From Eledone cirrhosa (lineage: Eukaryota), in NCBI GenBank assembly GCA_964016885.1, contig OZ024745.1, forward strand, positions 94,488,001-94,552,000: 64,000 nt of DNA, read 5' to 3'. The translations under genes were made by a program, and so were the position numbers. Position 1 is the first letter of the stretch. Every line of letters starts with the position of its first letter. Of the stretch, positions 14,442-27,381 are shown piece after piece. The notes under the pieces are model-generated. The model saw only the letters and a list, made by a program, of their open reading frames with translations, was not told where the DNA came from and searched no databases.

Positions 14442-14483
<42 letters not shown>

Positions 14484-17400
14484 AAGAAGATGTTAAGCTG
14501 TCCACAAATGCACATGGTTGCCTATTCAGAACACAAACTAGTCAACTGCATAGTTAACCGTGATAGAATACATAGACAATAGACAAGGACCCGGATACTA
14601 GAAGCTGAACGTGTCGCTACCGACACGTAAAGCTTACAGTAACGTAGATTAGTTAAGCAATATTTGACGGGAACCATCGTTAACAATAGATGGTGGTACT
14701 CTCCCAAGAGAGCAATTAGAGTAGAGTCAATAGACTTTAGCAGAGAATTAGCCTTAGAGAAAAACAGAAACAGAAACAGAACTAGTAGCCAAGATAGAGG
14801 AGGCGCTTAGGAGTGGCAACGCAGCTAGAGTGCTAGCAACGAGAACGGCGCACTGGACCAGTTCTTCGACGCGATACACGGAGGCTGCGTGGTCAGAAGT
14901 AAATCATGTGCTCTAGGAAACGAGGGAGCAAAAGCTGTTAGCTGGATCCGAGTGGCAGAGGCGAAAGGTGGCAACAAGTCCACGATTCCAGCTTTGAAAG
15001 ACCAAAACGGACGGGTGCTACTTGACCCCAAGCGGATGTACGCGGCCTTTCAGCGGCAATTTGCGCAAATATTTGAGCAGAGTGGAGGTGCGTCGAACGG
15101 GGCAATGGACTTCGGTTCATACCTTGACGGCCTGCCACGTCTCTCGAGCATGGACGCCGAGTTCTGCGAAAGACCGATCACAGCCACTGAGATACGGGAC
15201 GCTCTGGGCCGCTGCTGGAAACGCAAATCACCCGGTCTAGAGGGTCTACCCTATGAGTTTTACATAGGCATGCCGGACTTGTTCTCTGGCGTCCTTGAAG
15301 CAGTCTATTGCAACTGGCAGCAGAACGGGAGAATTCCCATTTCTGCAGGCAGATCAGGAAAGACGAGAAAGACGCTGATCAGGAAAGCCGAGAACAAGCG
15401 GGATCAGATAAGCAACTTTAGGCCCATAACTCTGCACAACACAGTTAAATATTTTGGCCCAGGTGTTGGCAACGATGTTGGCGCTTGTCGTCGAGAACCT
15501 GGTAGGGAAAGCGCAAACATGTGCAATCCCAACCAGGTCGATATACGACAACATCCACCTCATGCAATACATCATATAGAGGGTGGGTGTAAACCCGGCT
15601 TCGGTGGGGCTCTGATCAATTTAGATCAGTCTAAGGCGTTCGATAGGGTCGACCATCAATACTTGGAAGCGGTTCTCAAGGGGGTCGGTTTCGGACCCGT
15701 CTTCAGAAGCTGGATCGCTGCAATGCTCACCAACATCTGCTCGACGGTCAAGGTGAACGGCTACCTATCGGAGCCGTTCGCAATTACGCGTTCCATCCGA
15801 TGGGGATGCCTTCTCTCCTCCATTCTGTACGTGCTGACTCTGGAGCCACTACTGCGGAAGTTGGAGCTGCTGCAGGACATCCCGTTGGAACCAGGACTGC
15901 GGAAAGCGGCGTCGGCTTATGCCGACGACGTGACAGTAATGGGTGTCGGAAACCTCAGAAATCGGGGCGATCGGCAACTTACTGCAGGAATACGAAAGGC
16001 TTACAGGAGCAAAACTGAACCCGGACAAGTCTGTCGGTTTGCAACTCGGAACGTGGAGAGGCACACCGATGCCGTCCGATAGCGTTGTCGGACGCTGGCC
16101 GGACGCATCGGTGAAATTGCTCGGGGTCTGGTTTGGTCCTGACCTCCAGGTGGAGAAAAACTGGAACGAGATCACGGCCAAGGTATTTACGCTCACCCAG
16201 AAGTGGGCAGAGTGCAAACTATCCTTGAAAGGTCGAGTGGATGTGGCGAACACTCTCATAGCATCCGTCACCTACTACCGCTTGACCATCGTGCCATGTC
16301 CCCGTGACACCTCACCAAGTTGGAACGCATGTTCTTCCAGTTCCTTTGAAAGAAGCAGGTTCTACTGGTGAGGAGATCCGTCTGCTGTCAGCACCCTTCC
16401 AACAGAGGGCTGAGAACGCCGTGGCTGATGATGCGCAAACTTGCGCTGAGGCTACGGCATCTCCAGATATTCCTCACCGACCAACCGGTGTGGGTACCGT
16501 TTGTGAGACAGCCCTTCCCGCAACTTGTCTCGCTGACGGAGCTGCAGTCCTGGGTCAAGCGGAGACCGAAGAAGATGGGTGCCTGGCAAATTGAATGCGC
16601 TCAGGCGGTCACAGTCCTCTGTCAAGCGGGTACAGCAATCAGTGGAGACTCCACTTCGACATTCTATAGCGGGTTAATACGTCACAAGGGCGACGACGTG
16701 GTCGGAGAGACTATAGGCGTCGAAGACGACGAACTCACCGGTCTGTTTGGTAGGCTTTTCCTCCCGGGACCTATGGACAACTTCCAGAGGTCCTTGGCCT
16801 GGCAGTGCTACCGAGGAGCTCTACCAGTTCGAGACAAGATCTACAGGCATGAACGCCCCGGCAGGGATCCTTCCAAGAGGACGTGTTCAAGATGCGAGCA
16901 GGACATTGAAACTGTCTTGCACGCAATTGTACACTGCTCGGGCGTAACTGACCTGTGCAACTACACAGAACAACTGCTTTTGCGTATGAGACAAATCCAG
17001 CCGAGTCCATAATAAGGATCAAACCGGCAACTACTTTCAAAAACGAAAGCGAGGCGGTTTTCCTCTGTATAGTGGCTATGGTGAAAGAGGTTATATGGTG
17101 GACGAGATTGAGAGGACTGAGGATAGATGCCTTTCTCTGCGGAAAACAACTCATTCCCTTCTTTAGGTATCACTTTAGAAGTAGAATCAGAGTGGAGAGA
17201 GAGGCACTGCATCCCAGTAAATTTACTGAAAGGTGGGTGAATGTAGCAAAAATGGCCCAAGTGATTGGGCTTTCTCTGTATATAAACCTGTAGGTTCAAG
17301 AAGAGAGCAAAAGGAAGAAAGGAGCACATGCACAACACACTCATGAAGTTGAGGGTTGTTCTATCGACCGGGTATTAAACAATCCATTTGTGGCCCCTCC

Positions 17401-17537
17401 CCCTCCCCTTTTGGGGATTCCGATTGTTAAATTTGTTTGTTGAAAATATATTTTTTACCCGATTGTATGTAAAATCCCCGGCATGTGTCCTTGTATTGTC
17501 CTCTTTTCTTGTGCGCCCTTGTGGCAAATAAAGAAAT
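12000..17537 (+). mobile_element. Tx1/L1-clade LINE, nearly full length, with disrupted ORF1 and ORF2
   Basis: ORF2 starts at 13821 (MANLRVGSVNVRGL). APE motifs VAVYAP, GDWN, SYLDR. RT motifs KSPGLEGLPYEFY, NFRPITL, LDQSKAFDRVDH, AYADDVT. C-terminal CxxC..H..C, stop at 17293, AATAAA near 17527. A/C-rich ORF1 remnants at 12364-13778. Confidence 0.92.
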
Positions 17538-18598
17538 ATATCTATCTATCTATCCATTTGTGTCTGTATGTGTGTACGGATGTATATATATGTATGTATT
17601 TATGTAAATATAGATGTATGTATGTATTTATGTAAATATGTTGGGATGAATGTGTGTGTATGTGTGCATATGTGCATATGTGTATCGCGTACTAATTTGT
17701 TTTAGATGAGAAATATATAGTTCCATTAGTACTTTTCTGATGTAGTAAAAGTGGTTAAAGGAAATCGAAATATATCTAAATCTAGAAGAGTCATTAAAAC
17801 ATTCTCCAGGTCATCTATCACACGTGTTGTAGTATGAAAATTGTCAATAATTTGTTTTAATGGCGCGTTAAAGAATTTCATGTTCGCCAATACAAACATA
17901 GTCAGGAAAATGAAATTAAAGGATTAAAAATGAGCTGGAAGCCGTCGTTAGGCAAAAGACAGAATATGTATGCTTCATAATCATATACAATTTTGAAGAA
18001 AAAAACAAACAAAAACAACACAAAAAAAAACAAAAGCAAAACATTTATTGCATTAATGAAAACTTCAGAAAGCCGGTACAATGCAGTTGAAGTATATAAA
18101 TAGCAAAGGATAACAGACAAAACAAAACAAAGTAATGTTTTTTTACGCAGTATACTTAAACATGATATTTCGGGAATACAATCCCCTTTTCAAATGCAAA
18201 ACAAAAACGACGCGTTCTTCCTTGTTGCATTAATTATATCCTTTTATCCTTCCGGGGCGATAAAATAAACTACCAGTCACGCACTGGGGTTGATATAACT
18301 GACTTATCCGAGCTCACAAAAACAAGATGGTGTTGCACAGAATAAAAATAAGAGACACAAAATAACAACAAAAGTAGTCACTGAGGAGCTCACAGAACGT
18401 CTGATGAAAGTGCTTTGAGAATCAGCAGCTAAGCAACCATCCGGTTATTAAACTAACCGGGTGGGAGCTTATAACAAATTGAAGTGAAATTCAACAGATG
18501 CGTGTGTTTTTAATTTGGAAGAGTGACTCTCCCAAAGCACAACAATATCTTTTTCAACACGTTTTCTTATAAGAAATCTTGCGAAAGAAATACAAAAA

Positions 18599-18646
<48 letters not shown>

Positions 18647-18694
18647 TATTCAAAATATTAATAAATGAAGACGTCCACATAATCAAAATATATG

Positions 18695-18756
18695 TTTTAT
18701 TATATATATTTCGGAGGTACTGTGCTGTTTTTTCAGTACATCCTCATCAGATAAAA
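18695..18756 (-). ncRNA. Type I hammerhead, family F4
   Basis: ttttat-CTGATGA-ggatgtactg...cagtacctcc-GAAA-tatata-TA-ataaaa. Confidence 0.85.
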
Positions 18757-20129
18757 TACATGAATTGATGTATGACATACCTCAACTGTCTTGATGGTTC
18801 AATCCCAGTCTTGGCAGTGATTTATTAGAACAAAACTCAATATTTATATACCACAAGAAATAACATGATAAACTAAATATGAATAAGAGAAGGATGTGGA
18901 GCGAGGTATAGGAATCAGGAGGGGGTAAGTATGAGAAAATATAGAAGAAATAAATAAACACATAAGTACATACATGTTAAAATATTTAAATGCGTAAATA
19001 TCAATGTTAGAGAAGAAACAGAAGAGAGATAGAGTGCTAAATAGAAGAGAAGAGGGAAAAAAAGATGAAGATAAAAAGAAGGAGGGAGAGGGAGATAAAA
19101 GAGAGGATGGAATACATAACTGCAACAGGAAAGAAAGAAAGAAAGAAAGAAGAAAGGGACTTGATGCGTGACAGTTGTTTTCAAATATTAAGTCAAGTAG
19201 AAGCGATCAATTAAATACCTTGACATTTTTACTATCTATTGTATTTCGTTATGTTTGAGCAAATTATACTAATATATTATATCAAAATTAAAACATATAA
19301 AATATTTTCAATGATAATCAGAAGTATAGTTAAATTAATAAATATATTCAATATTTTGTTACAAAATTTAAAAATCAGAGACATTATTACTTACCAAGGA
19401 AGTTTACAAATATAGTAAATATGTATGAGGATATTTATCACAACTTATTCGTATATCGCGATCTGTATATGCATTTTATATAATGTTTAGAATTATTAAC
19501 ATTATAAACATTACAAACAGTTTAAATCAATAGTTGTCAATTATATATAGGATTAATTAATAGTTATATTTACTCTTGAAAGTATTATTATTTCGATTCA
19601 ACCAAATCATACCATATGTAACAGTATAAATTATGTTAAATATACATTATTAATCCATTTGGATAACACGAAAATTATATACGAGGAATGTAAACAAATG
19701 AGCTCCGTACAGCATATCTGATCATTTAAATTAGCTAAATGCTTTGAAAGCCAGAAGGTATTTCAAATCGCAAATTTAGAAAATTTAAGTTATACAAAGA
19801 CGATTCTAAAACCAAACTAAAGGTAATTAGTCAATTATGAGATTAACTTACTATATAAAAGAACCGATATGCAATTTTATAAGGTAAGGTAAAACATTAT
19901 ACATAATAACAACTGTAGCATTTCAAGAATTATTAATAAAAGTCAATATTTTTTTCTCATTCATTCAGTGTTTTTTTTCTTAAATTTATATGATGCTTGA
20001 AATGTTTTCCAGATTTATGGAGGCAAGTTGCAAATAACTCGTTTTTCTTATTAATTAAATTACCATAATTAGTAATTATTATATAATGTGGTATAATATA
20101 TTATTATATAATGTGGGATAATTATATAT

Positions 20130-20320
20130 AATTGTTTCTACGTTTGGCACAAGGCCAGCAATTACCCAGTGCATTACTGGTACTTTATTTTATCGACCCT
20201 GTAAGGATGAAAGGCAAAGTTAACCTCGACGGAATTTGAACTCAGAATGGCAAAGACCGTAACTCTATACACCAAAGCACGGCGTCCGACCCTCTACCGA
20301 TACTGCCAATCCACCCTCCT
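20130..20320 (-). mobile_element. S1 SINE
   Basis: Full body with ttattatata..atgtgg repeated on both flanks. Confidence 0.9.
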
Positions 20321-20463
20321 TATTATATATAATGTGGTATATAATATGGGATAATTATATATAATGTGGTATATAAATATTGAGTTTTGTTGTAATAAAT
20401 CACTGCCAAGACTGGGATTGAATCATCAAGACAGTTGAAGTATGTCATACATCAATTCATGTA

Positions 20464-20526
20464 TTTTATCTGATGAGGACGTACTGAAAAAAACAGCACA
20501 GTACCTCCGAAATATATATAATAAAA
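20464..20526 (+). ncRNA. Type I hammerhead, family F4
   Basis: ttttat-CTGATGA-ggacgtactg...cagtacctcc-GAAA-tatata-TA-ataaaa. Confidence 0.85.
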
Positions 20527-20661
20527 GATATATTTTGAACGTCTTCATTTATTAATATTTTGAATAATATTAAAAACTCCAGAAAACTTCACTGATGAGT
20601 GCTTTTAATCAATTGTAAAACTATATTCATTGAGTAATCAATGAACCTTATTAACTTTTGG

Positions 20662-20735
<74 letters not shown>

Positions 20736-20761
20736 GCAAACTTGACTGTCACCACTGAATA

Positions 20762-20800
20762 TGAACCTGAAGATTGCGAAAGCATGAAAGTACTTGTTCA
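20762..20800 (+). ncRNA. Minimal type I hammerhead, family F1 (39 nt)
   Basis: tgaac-CTGAAGA-t-tgc(gaaa)gca-t-GAAA-gtac-TT-gttca. GNRA-capped stem II and palindromic GTAC in place of stem III. Confidence 0.85.
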
Positions 20801-21028
20801 ATTAAAACTTAAGATTTAATATTCTACCATACTATTTAATTATAATATCATTATAATTTTAAAGGATTGTAAATAAAACGAGTAAATCAAAGTTGGAATT
20901 CCTTTTATTAATATATATATATATATATATATAACCAAAGATTACTCAATGAATACAATTTTACAATAGATTAAAAGCACTCAACCAGAAAATTTTCCTG
21001 GAGTTTAAGGTCTGGAAATAACATTGAG

Positions 21029-21440
21029 AATAAATGTAATTCTAGAAAGAAGTCCGAATATCCTTTACAAAATAATTGCCTTGACAAAAATCTAGTATAT
21101 AAATGTACCATTAAGACAAATAATAATATATATAACTATATTGGTGCCACTTCATCCAAATTTAAGGAACGTTGTTATAATCATAGACATTCTTTTAGTA
21201 AACCAGATAAGAAATTTTCAACTTCACTTTCGCAATTAATATGGTCTTTAAAGGACAATAATATTAAATACTCCATCTCTTGGATCAAATTAAAGCATGC
21301 CAATTCCTATCAAAACGCAACTATTTCACAAATTTGAAAACTTTGTAACATCGAGACTTTACAGATAATTACAAATTATGACAATTTAATCAACAACAAA
21401 AAAAAAACGATTATTCAATAGTTGTCACCATAAAATTGGT
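21029..21440 (+). pseudogene. GIY-YIG endonuclease remnant of a PLE (Naiad-like)
   Basis: Manual translation: KCNSRKKSEYPLQNNCLDKNLVYKCTI...NYIGATSSKFKERCYNHRHSF...STSLSQLIWSLKDNNIKYSISW. Confidence 0.8.
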
Positions 21441-22162
21441 AAAACTTTCCAGGCATTGTACACGTTTCGAAAAAATATTGACAATTAATAAGTTAATATA
21501 TATATGTTTTTGCCTCTTTGTGGTAATAATTTATTGATATTTATATGTATTAGAATTATTTCATTAAGAGTCTCGTTATCCTATGTTTTGATTAGGACAG
21601 TTCAATATTTAACTAGACATCTTTTATGATATTTGCAATAGATGATTTATGGTTTTCGAAATATCGCGGAATGTGAGAGTAGAGATATGTTATAAATGTT
21701 TGTATATGGTGAATGAGTTATCTTCCTTTTGTTTACATTATCCGTAAACATTTCCTTTCTTTTTGACTAGCTTGCTAAATTATATTAGTTTTAAAATATG
21801 TAGACTAATAATATACAGACTATCATTAAAATGAAACTATATATCAAAATAAGTAAATACAGAAGTAAATATAACCTTTCATTAAATTAAAGGAATTTAA
21901 ACTTTTGAGAGTAAATGTAACTGCAGTTTAATTATAAAAATTAAATGAAAATTAAAGAATAGTGAATATTTTATAAAGAGAACATCATAATTAAATAATT
22001 TGAGTAATATATGATCTAAATATATTATATGTATTGATGGTGATTTATGTATGGTATTAGATTTTAATACATATGTAATAATTATTTAAATACGCTTTAA
22101 AGATTAATTCTTTCAAAGTTGTAACAAAATATTTATAGAATATCTTACCTGAAAATTAAAAA

Positions 22163-22324
22163 TAATTGTTTCTATTTTTGGCACAGGCCAGCAATTACCC
22201 AGTACATTACTGGTACTTTATTTTATCGACCCCGTAAGGATGAAAGGCAAACTTAACCTCGACGGGATTTGAACTCAGATCACAAAGGGACGTAACATGC
22301 TTCAAAGCATGGTGTCTGACTCTC
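22163..22324 (-). mobile_element. S1 SINE, 5'-truncated, with a 14-bp TSD
   Basis: aaattaaaaataat at 22153-22166 and 22325-22338. Confidence 0.9.
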
Positions 22325-22926
22325 AAATTAAAAATAATAATCTATAATGAGTTAAATTAAATTATATAAATTTTTAATTAAACTATATATATGATTGCTA
22401 TAGAAAATAATCTACATTGATTAATTTTGATATAATATATAAGTATAATTAGCTAATGCCTAATCAAATACAAAAAATATTCAATTTATTATGTGAATTG
22501 ATTGGATGTCCTATTAGATCGAGCATTTGAAAACAACGGTTTTTTCTCTATCCCCACTCTATTTGATGTTCCTTTATTTCTCTTAATTTACCCATCTCTG
22601 TTCCCTTTACTTTCCTCACACCTTCCCTCTTTTGTCGTTATTCCTCTTTTCTGTTTTATATATTTCTTTTACTCATTCATCCTCTTATCTTTTATTCATT
22701 TATCTATTTATGTATGTATTTATGTATGTATTTATTTATTTTTTCTTGCCTTCCCTCTTATTTACACCCTCTCTCATATCTCTAATTTGCTCTACGTCCT
22801 TTTCTTCTTTAAGTTTATCATATTATTTGTGGTATATAAACATTGAGATTTGATGAAATAAATCACTGCCAATACTGGAATTGTATAATCAAGACCGTAG
22901 CGGTATGTCATATATCAAATCATATA

Positions 22927-22988
22927 TTTTATCTCATGAAAACGTACTGAAAAAACAACACAGTACCTTTGAAATATATATAATACAG
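22927..22988 (+). ncRNA. Degenerate hammerhead, family F4 (core CTCATGA)
   Basis: Homologous to 20464-20526 with a G5 to C change. Confidence 0.6.
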
Positions 22989-23054
22989 CATATATTTTGA
23001 TTATGTGAATATCTTTCATTTGTTAATATTTTGAATAACACACACACACACACA

Positions 23055-23119
<65 letters not shown>

Positions 23120-23339
23120 ATGGAAAAAATGAAATTTCATTTCTCACTCTTATTACGGCTGATACTTAAATGTAAGTATGTATATACATACATACATGCA
23201 CAAATATATATATGTGCGTATGGGTTTACCGAACATTTATTATAATGCTCGGTTTGTTTGTAAACAAACAGCCCGAATTATTAGCCGTACAGTGTTCGGC
23301 AACCATCGCTGCCCTATTTGTTCAACACTGACAAAGGAA

Positions 23340-23380
23340 CGATGAACTAGTTTCTAGCTTATTAGCTGTCATCAGCACCG
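23340..23380 (-). ncRNA. Minimal type I hammerhead, family F5
   Basis: cggtg-CTGATGA-c-agct(aata)agct-a-GAAA-ctag-TT-catcg. Confidence 0.85.
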
Positions 23381-23779
23381 TATACCTCCCTGTCAGTTGA
23401 TTGAGCGGTTGAAAGTATATAATTTCTTCGTGCATATTAACGGCTGAGCAGCCTAATTTGCATATCGAGTGAGTTAGTCGGCCGGGCGTACCGAAAACGA
23501 TAAATGCAAAAAATGTACGGCTGATACTTAAATGTAAGTATGTATACGTACATACATATATGAATACAGAAGTACAGTAGTATGTATATACATACACACA
23601 TGCACACATATACATGTACATATGGGTTTACCGAACATTTATTATAATGCTCGGTTTGTTTGTAAACAAACAGCCCGAAAAACAAACTCACTCGATATGC
23701 AAATTAGGCTGCTCAAACGTTAATATGTATAACGAAAGTATATACGTTCAAACGTAAAATCAACTGACAGGAAGGTATA

Positions 23780-23818
23780 CGGTGCTGATGATAGGTAATA
23801 AGCTAGAAACTAGTTCAT
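23780..23818 (+). ncRNA. Hammerhead family F5, truncated by a SINE within stem I'
   Basis: cggtg-CTGATGA-taggtaataagcta-GAAA-ctag-TT-cat, then the SINE begins. Confidence 0.75.
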
Positions 23819-24160
23819 GGCGCATGGCTTAGTGGTTAGAGCATTGGGCTTGCAATCGAAAGGTTGCGAGTTCAATTCTCGGACCGGGTAATGTGTTGTT
23901 TCCTTGAGCAAGACACTTTATTTCACGTTGCTCCAGTTTACTCAGCTGTAGAAATGACTTGCGACGTCACTGGTGTCAAGCTGTATCGGCCGTTGCCTTT
24001 CCCTTGGACCTCATCGGTGGCGTGGAGAGAGGAGACTGGTATGCATGGGCGACTATTGGTCTTCCACAAACAACCTCGCCTGGTCTTGTGCCTTGGAGGA
24101 AAACTTTCTAGGTGCAAATCCCATGGTCATTCGTGACCGAAGGGGGTCTTTACCCTTTTA
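23819..24160 (+). mobile_element. tRNA-derived SINE, family S2
   Basis: A box tggcttagtggttag, B box gagttcaattc, conserved-domain-like ccttgagcaagacactt, then (TA)n. Confidence 0.88.
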
Positions 24161-24187
24161 TATATATATGTATATATATAATTTATA

Positions 24188-24231
<44 letters not shown>

Positions 24232-24294
24232 AATTAACGTAAATAAAAGCTCTTCTTATCTTTCTTTTTCTTCTTCCTACACATACATACATAA

Positions 24295-26340
24295 TCATCA
24301 TCATCATCATCGTTTAACGTCCATATTCCACGCTTGCATGGGTTTGGACGGGAGTTTTTCCACTTGAGGCAAGAGTGGTTGTCTTGCTCGCATAGAACTG
24401 TCCGGCGGGATTTCTACGGCTGGATGCCCTTCCTAACACCAACCACATTTACAGTGTGGAACTGGGAGGTTTTTACCGTGTTACCCACACGGCCACATTA
24501 CAGCATGGACTGTGTGTTTTTTTGTCGTGACACCTACACCACCTCATTTGTTTCGGGCTGGATGTTGTGACACCAACATAACTTTACATTGAAAGAGGTG
24601 GTGTGCATGGGGTGGGGGTAGTGGGACGGGGGTGTATTTTGTTAGAGGTGCCTACTGACTGTAGTAGGTTTCACTTTGTACTTAGGTAAGGCGGGTCTTC
24701 TCTATTACTGTGTAGCGCCAAAGCTCTCGGTCTAGTGACATTGTCTTGGAGAGGTGTAAGTGTGTGAGGTCGGAATTTATCAAGTCGTCCCAGGTTTTTC
24801 TGGGTCTGCCTACTCCGTGGCCACCGTCTATTTTTATTGCCCTGCACTTTTTTATACAACTGTCGTCTTTCTTGCGCATCTCGTGACCATACCAACGTAG
24901 TCTTCTCTCGAGTAAACAACATCTGATCCCTCTTATTCCTAATTTCTCCCTTAGTTCGTTTATGCTTTGCCGTTCACGTATATTACTATTACACATCCAG
25001 CGGAGCATGCAAGCTTCGTTTCTCTCCAGTCTGCGTATATCCTCAGCACACAATGCCCAGGTCTCACTGCCATGTAACATTGCTGTTCGTATGCAGGCAT
25101 CATACAGCCTGCCTTTCATTTTTAGAGAGAACCCTTTAGCGGCCAATAGTGGTATAAGCTCTCTGAACTTTTTCCATCCCGTTCTGACTCTAGCTACTGT
25201 ACTTTCAGAGCACCCTCCCCTACTGCTGATTTTATCACCCAGGTAACGGAAGCTGTCCACTATTTCTATAGAACCATTTGTGCAATGGAATGAGTTAGTA
25301 TTCTGTGCGCACTTGCTGCTACTTACTGCACCAGAGCACCGGCCACATATAAAATCTATATTCTTAGTTAGCTTACCTGTGATCTCACTACATCTTTTAT
25401 GTACCCATACTTTGCATTTGGGACATAAAATGGAGTTTCTACCTACTCCTTTCCTACACACTGAGCATGGCCATCTCCCTGATGGGACCGGTGCCCTATT
25501 TTCCTTCCTACAAACTAGAACTTTAGTCTTGGACAAGTTAACTTTAAGGCCTTTTGATTCTAGGCCATGCTTTCATGTTTGGAATTTCTTCTCTAGTTCA
25601 GCCATTGATTCAGCTATGAGCGTTAAATCATCTGCATATAGGAGTTCCCATGGGCAGCCGGTCTTGAACTCCTCTGTTATAGCCTGAAGGGCAATAATAA
25701 ATAGTAGGGGGCCAAGGACGGAGCCCTGATGAACACCAACTTTTACGCTAAACTCTTCACTATATCCGTTGTTAATCCTAACCTTGCTGACTGTTTCTTT
25801 ATACATGGCTTGTATAGCTCTCACAAGCCATTCATCAACACCTAGTTTTCTAAGGGCCCACCAGGTAGCTAGGTACCCAGCCCATTGTCATTTCCCACCC
25901 AGAAAAGCTTATAGCATCGTTCTTTACCCACGATGAATCTAGCAGACCCACCCCTCCACCTGGTCTCTTGAATACAACAAACATCGACCTCCTTACGTTC
26001 AAGCATTTCTACAACCTCGTTAGAGCGACCCTTTAAGGTGCCTACATTCATGGCACCAACTCTGAAGTTTTGGATTGCGTTTGGAGGGTGGGAGCGGTGG
26101 GACGCGGGGGTGGGGGGTATGGGAGAGATGGGGTTATGTTAGCCATCCGCGGCCGAAACAAAGAGGAGGAGTCCTTGCATTCTCGTCCATGAGGTGAATT
26201 TGTCTTTATTTTTGGCATTGTCACTTAGCGTCCAGATTTTTCTTTTCAACTCTCCAGAATTCCGTAGTCCATCCATCCTATCGAAAGGCAACCAGGTAAG
26301 CGATAGCATATGCCTCTGACTTATGATTGGGCCACGTAAT
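24295..26340 (-). mobile_element. RTE (BovB-like) LINE with an internal deletion
   Basis: APE start NVGTL..CCIQETRW; RT GVHQGSVLGPLLF and LLYADDL; Cys insert CSVC..C..C..H..C; LHGSETW; (GAT)n tail. Confidence 0.92.
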
Positions 26341-26416
26341 AATGGTGGTGCGTGGGGGTGGGTGGGAGGGATATTTGGTAGTTAGCGAGAAGGTTAAGTT
26401 TTAAATAAGATCCCCA

Positions 26417-26895
26417 TATTTTGGGCATAATTTAACAAGCATAAAACAATAATACAAGATTTGTTTTGGAAAATTCGCTAGAGTATTGAGTAGAAAAGCA
26501 AAGATTGGATTCGGGGAAAAATGATACAGAATGACGAATGGACTAAGAAATTAAAATGGTGAGAAGAGTGAAGAAATATTTGTACGTTACATTACACCAT
26601 GAAAGCAGCCATCCGGAATAGGAATTGGCGATTCTGATTTTTCGTACTTGCAGGATTTATTTTATATATGGAGAGAGGGGATAAGGGATTGGCGGCGACC
26701 CAGCATGTAGGGGGGGGGGGGTGAAGATAGGAGGGAGCAGAGGTTAAGAGTTTAAATATAGTCCTCGAATTTGAGGCAAAATTTAGCCAGCATAACAAAA
26801 TATATTTTAAAATATATAAGAAGTTTTGTTTTGAAAATACGACAGAATTAAAGTCCTCGAATTTGGGGCATAATTTAGCCAGCATAACAAAATAT
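26417..26895. repeat. Three dispersed direct repeats of 35-70 bp
   Basis: tttgrggcataatttagccagcataacaaaata-like units at about 26419, 26769 and 26863; possibly the 5' region of the adjacent RTE. Confidence 0.7.
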
Positions 26896-27101
26896 ATATA
26901 TATATACATATATCCTAATTATTTAAATCTACATAGCGTCTAAAAATAACGTTTTTTTTCAGCCCTACACCTCAACCTCATTTGCATACTCATCTTAATA
27001 ATTTGAAATAGTTGTCTTTTCTTCTCTTTTCTATCCAGGAAAAACTTGAACCGTTAAGTTATTCTTTCCTGGTTATGTCAATATTTATAAAACAAACCTT
27101 G

Positions 27102-27162
27102 TATTTTATCTGATGAGAGCGTACCAAAGTTTTGGTACCCTTGAAATAAATATAATAGAATA
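27102..27162 (+). ncRNA. Type I hammerhead, family F2
   Basis: tattttat-CTGATGA-gagcgtaccaaagttttggtaccctt-GAAA-taaata-TA-atagaata. Confidence 0.78.
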
Positions 27163-27300
27163 AATATGGTTTTATAAATATAGTTTCCATTTATTTAATA
27201 TCATTGAATATTATACTCCAGAAAACTAGTCGAGTGCTTTGAATCAGTTCTAAACATTTATATTTGTTGAATTACCAACAAATTGAATATCCCTTTTGCT

Positions 27301-27381
<81 letters not shown>

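Larger units (their letters stand above)
18643..20662. mobile_element. Decayed PLE with inverted pLTRs
   Basis: Inverted repeat at about 18643-18855 / 20365-20570, each arm carrying an HHR. An internal + strand remnant reads GYLSQLIRISR (about 19429-19461), resembling a PLE RT thumb. Confidence 0.6.

Noticed and set aside
18400-18425. CTGATGA followed by aagtgcttt-GAGA
   Set aside because: No GAAA and no stem I
20592-20600. CTGATGA in the pLTR tail
   Set aside because: No stem II or GAAA follows
26130-26190. Possible HDV-like ribozyme near the RTE 5' end
   Set aside because: P2 and P1 could not be paired convincingly
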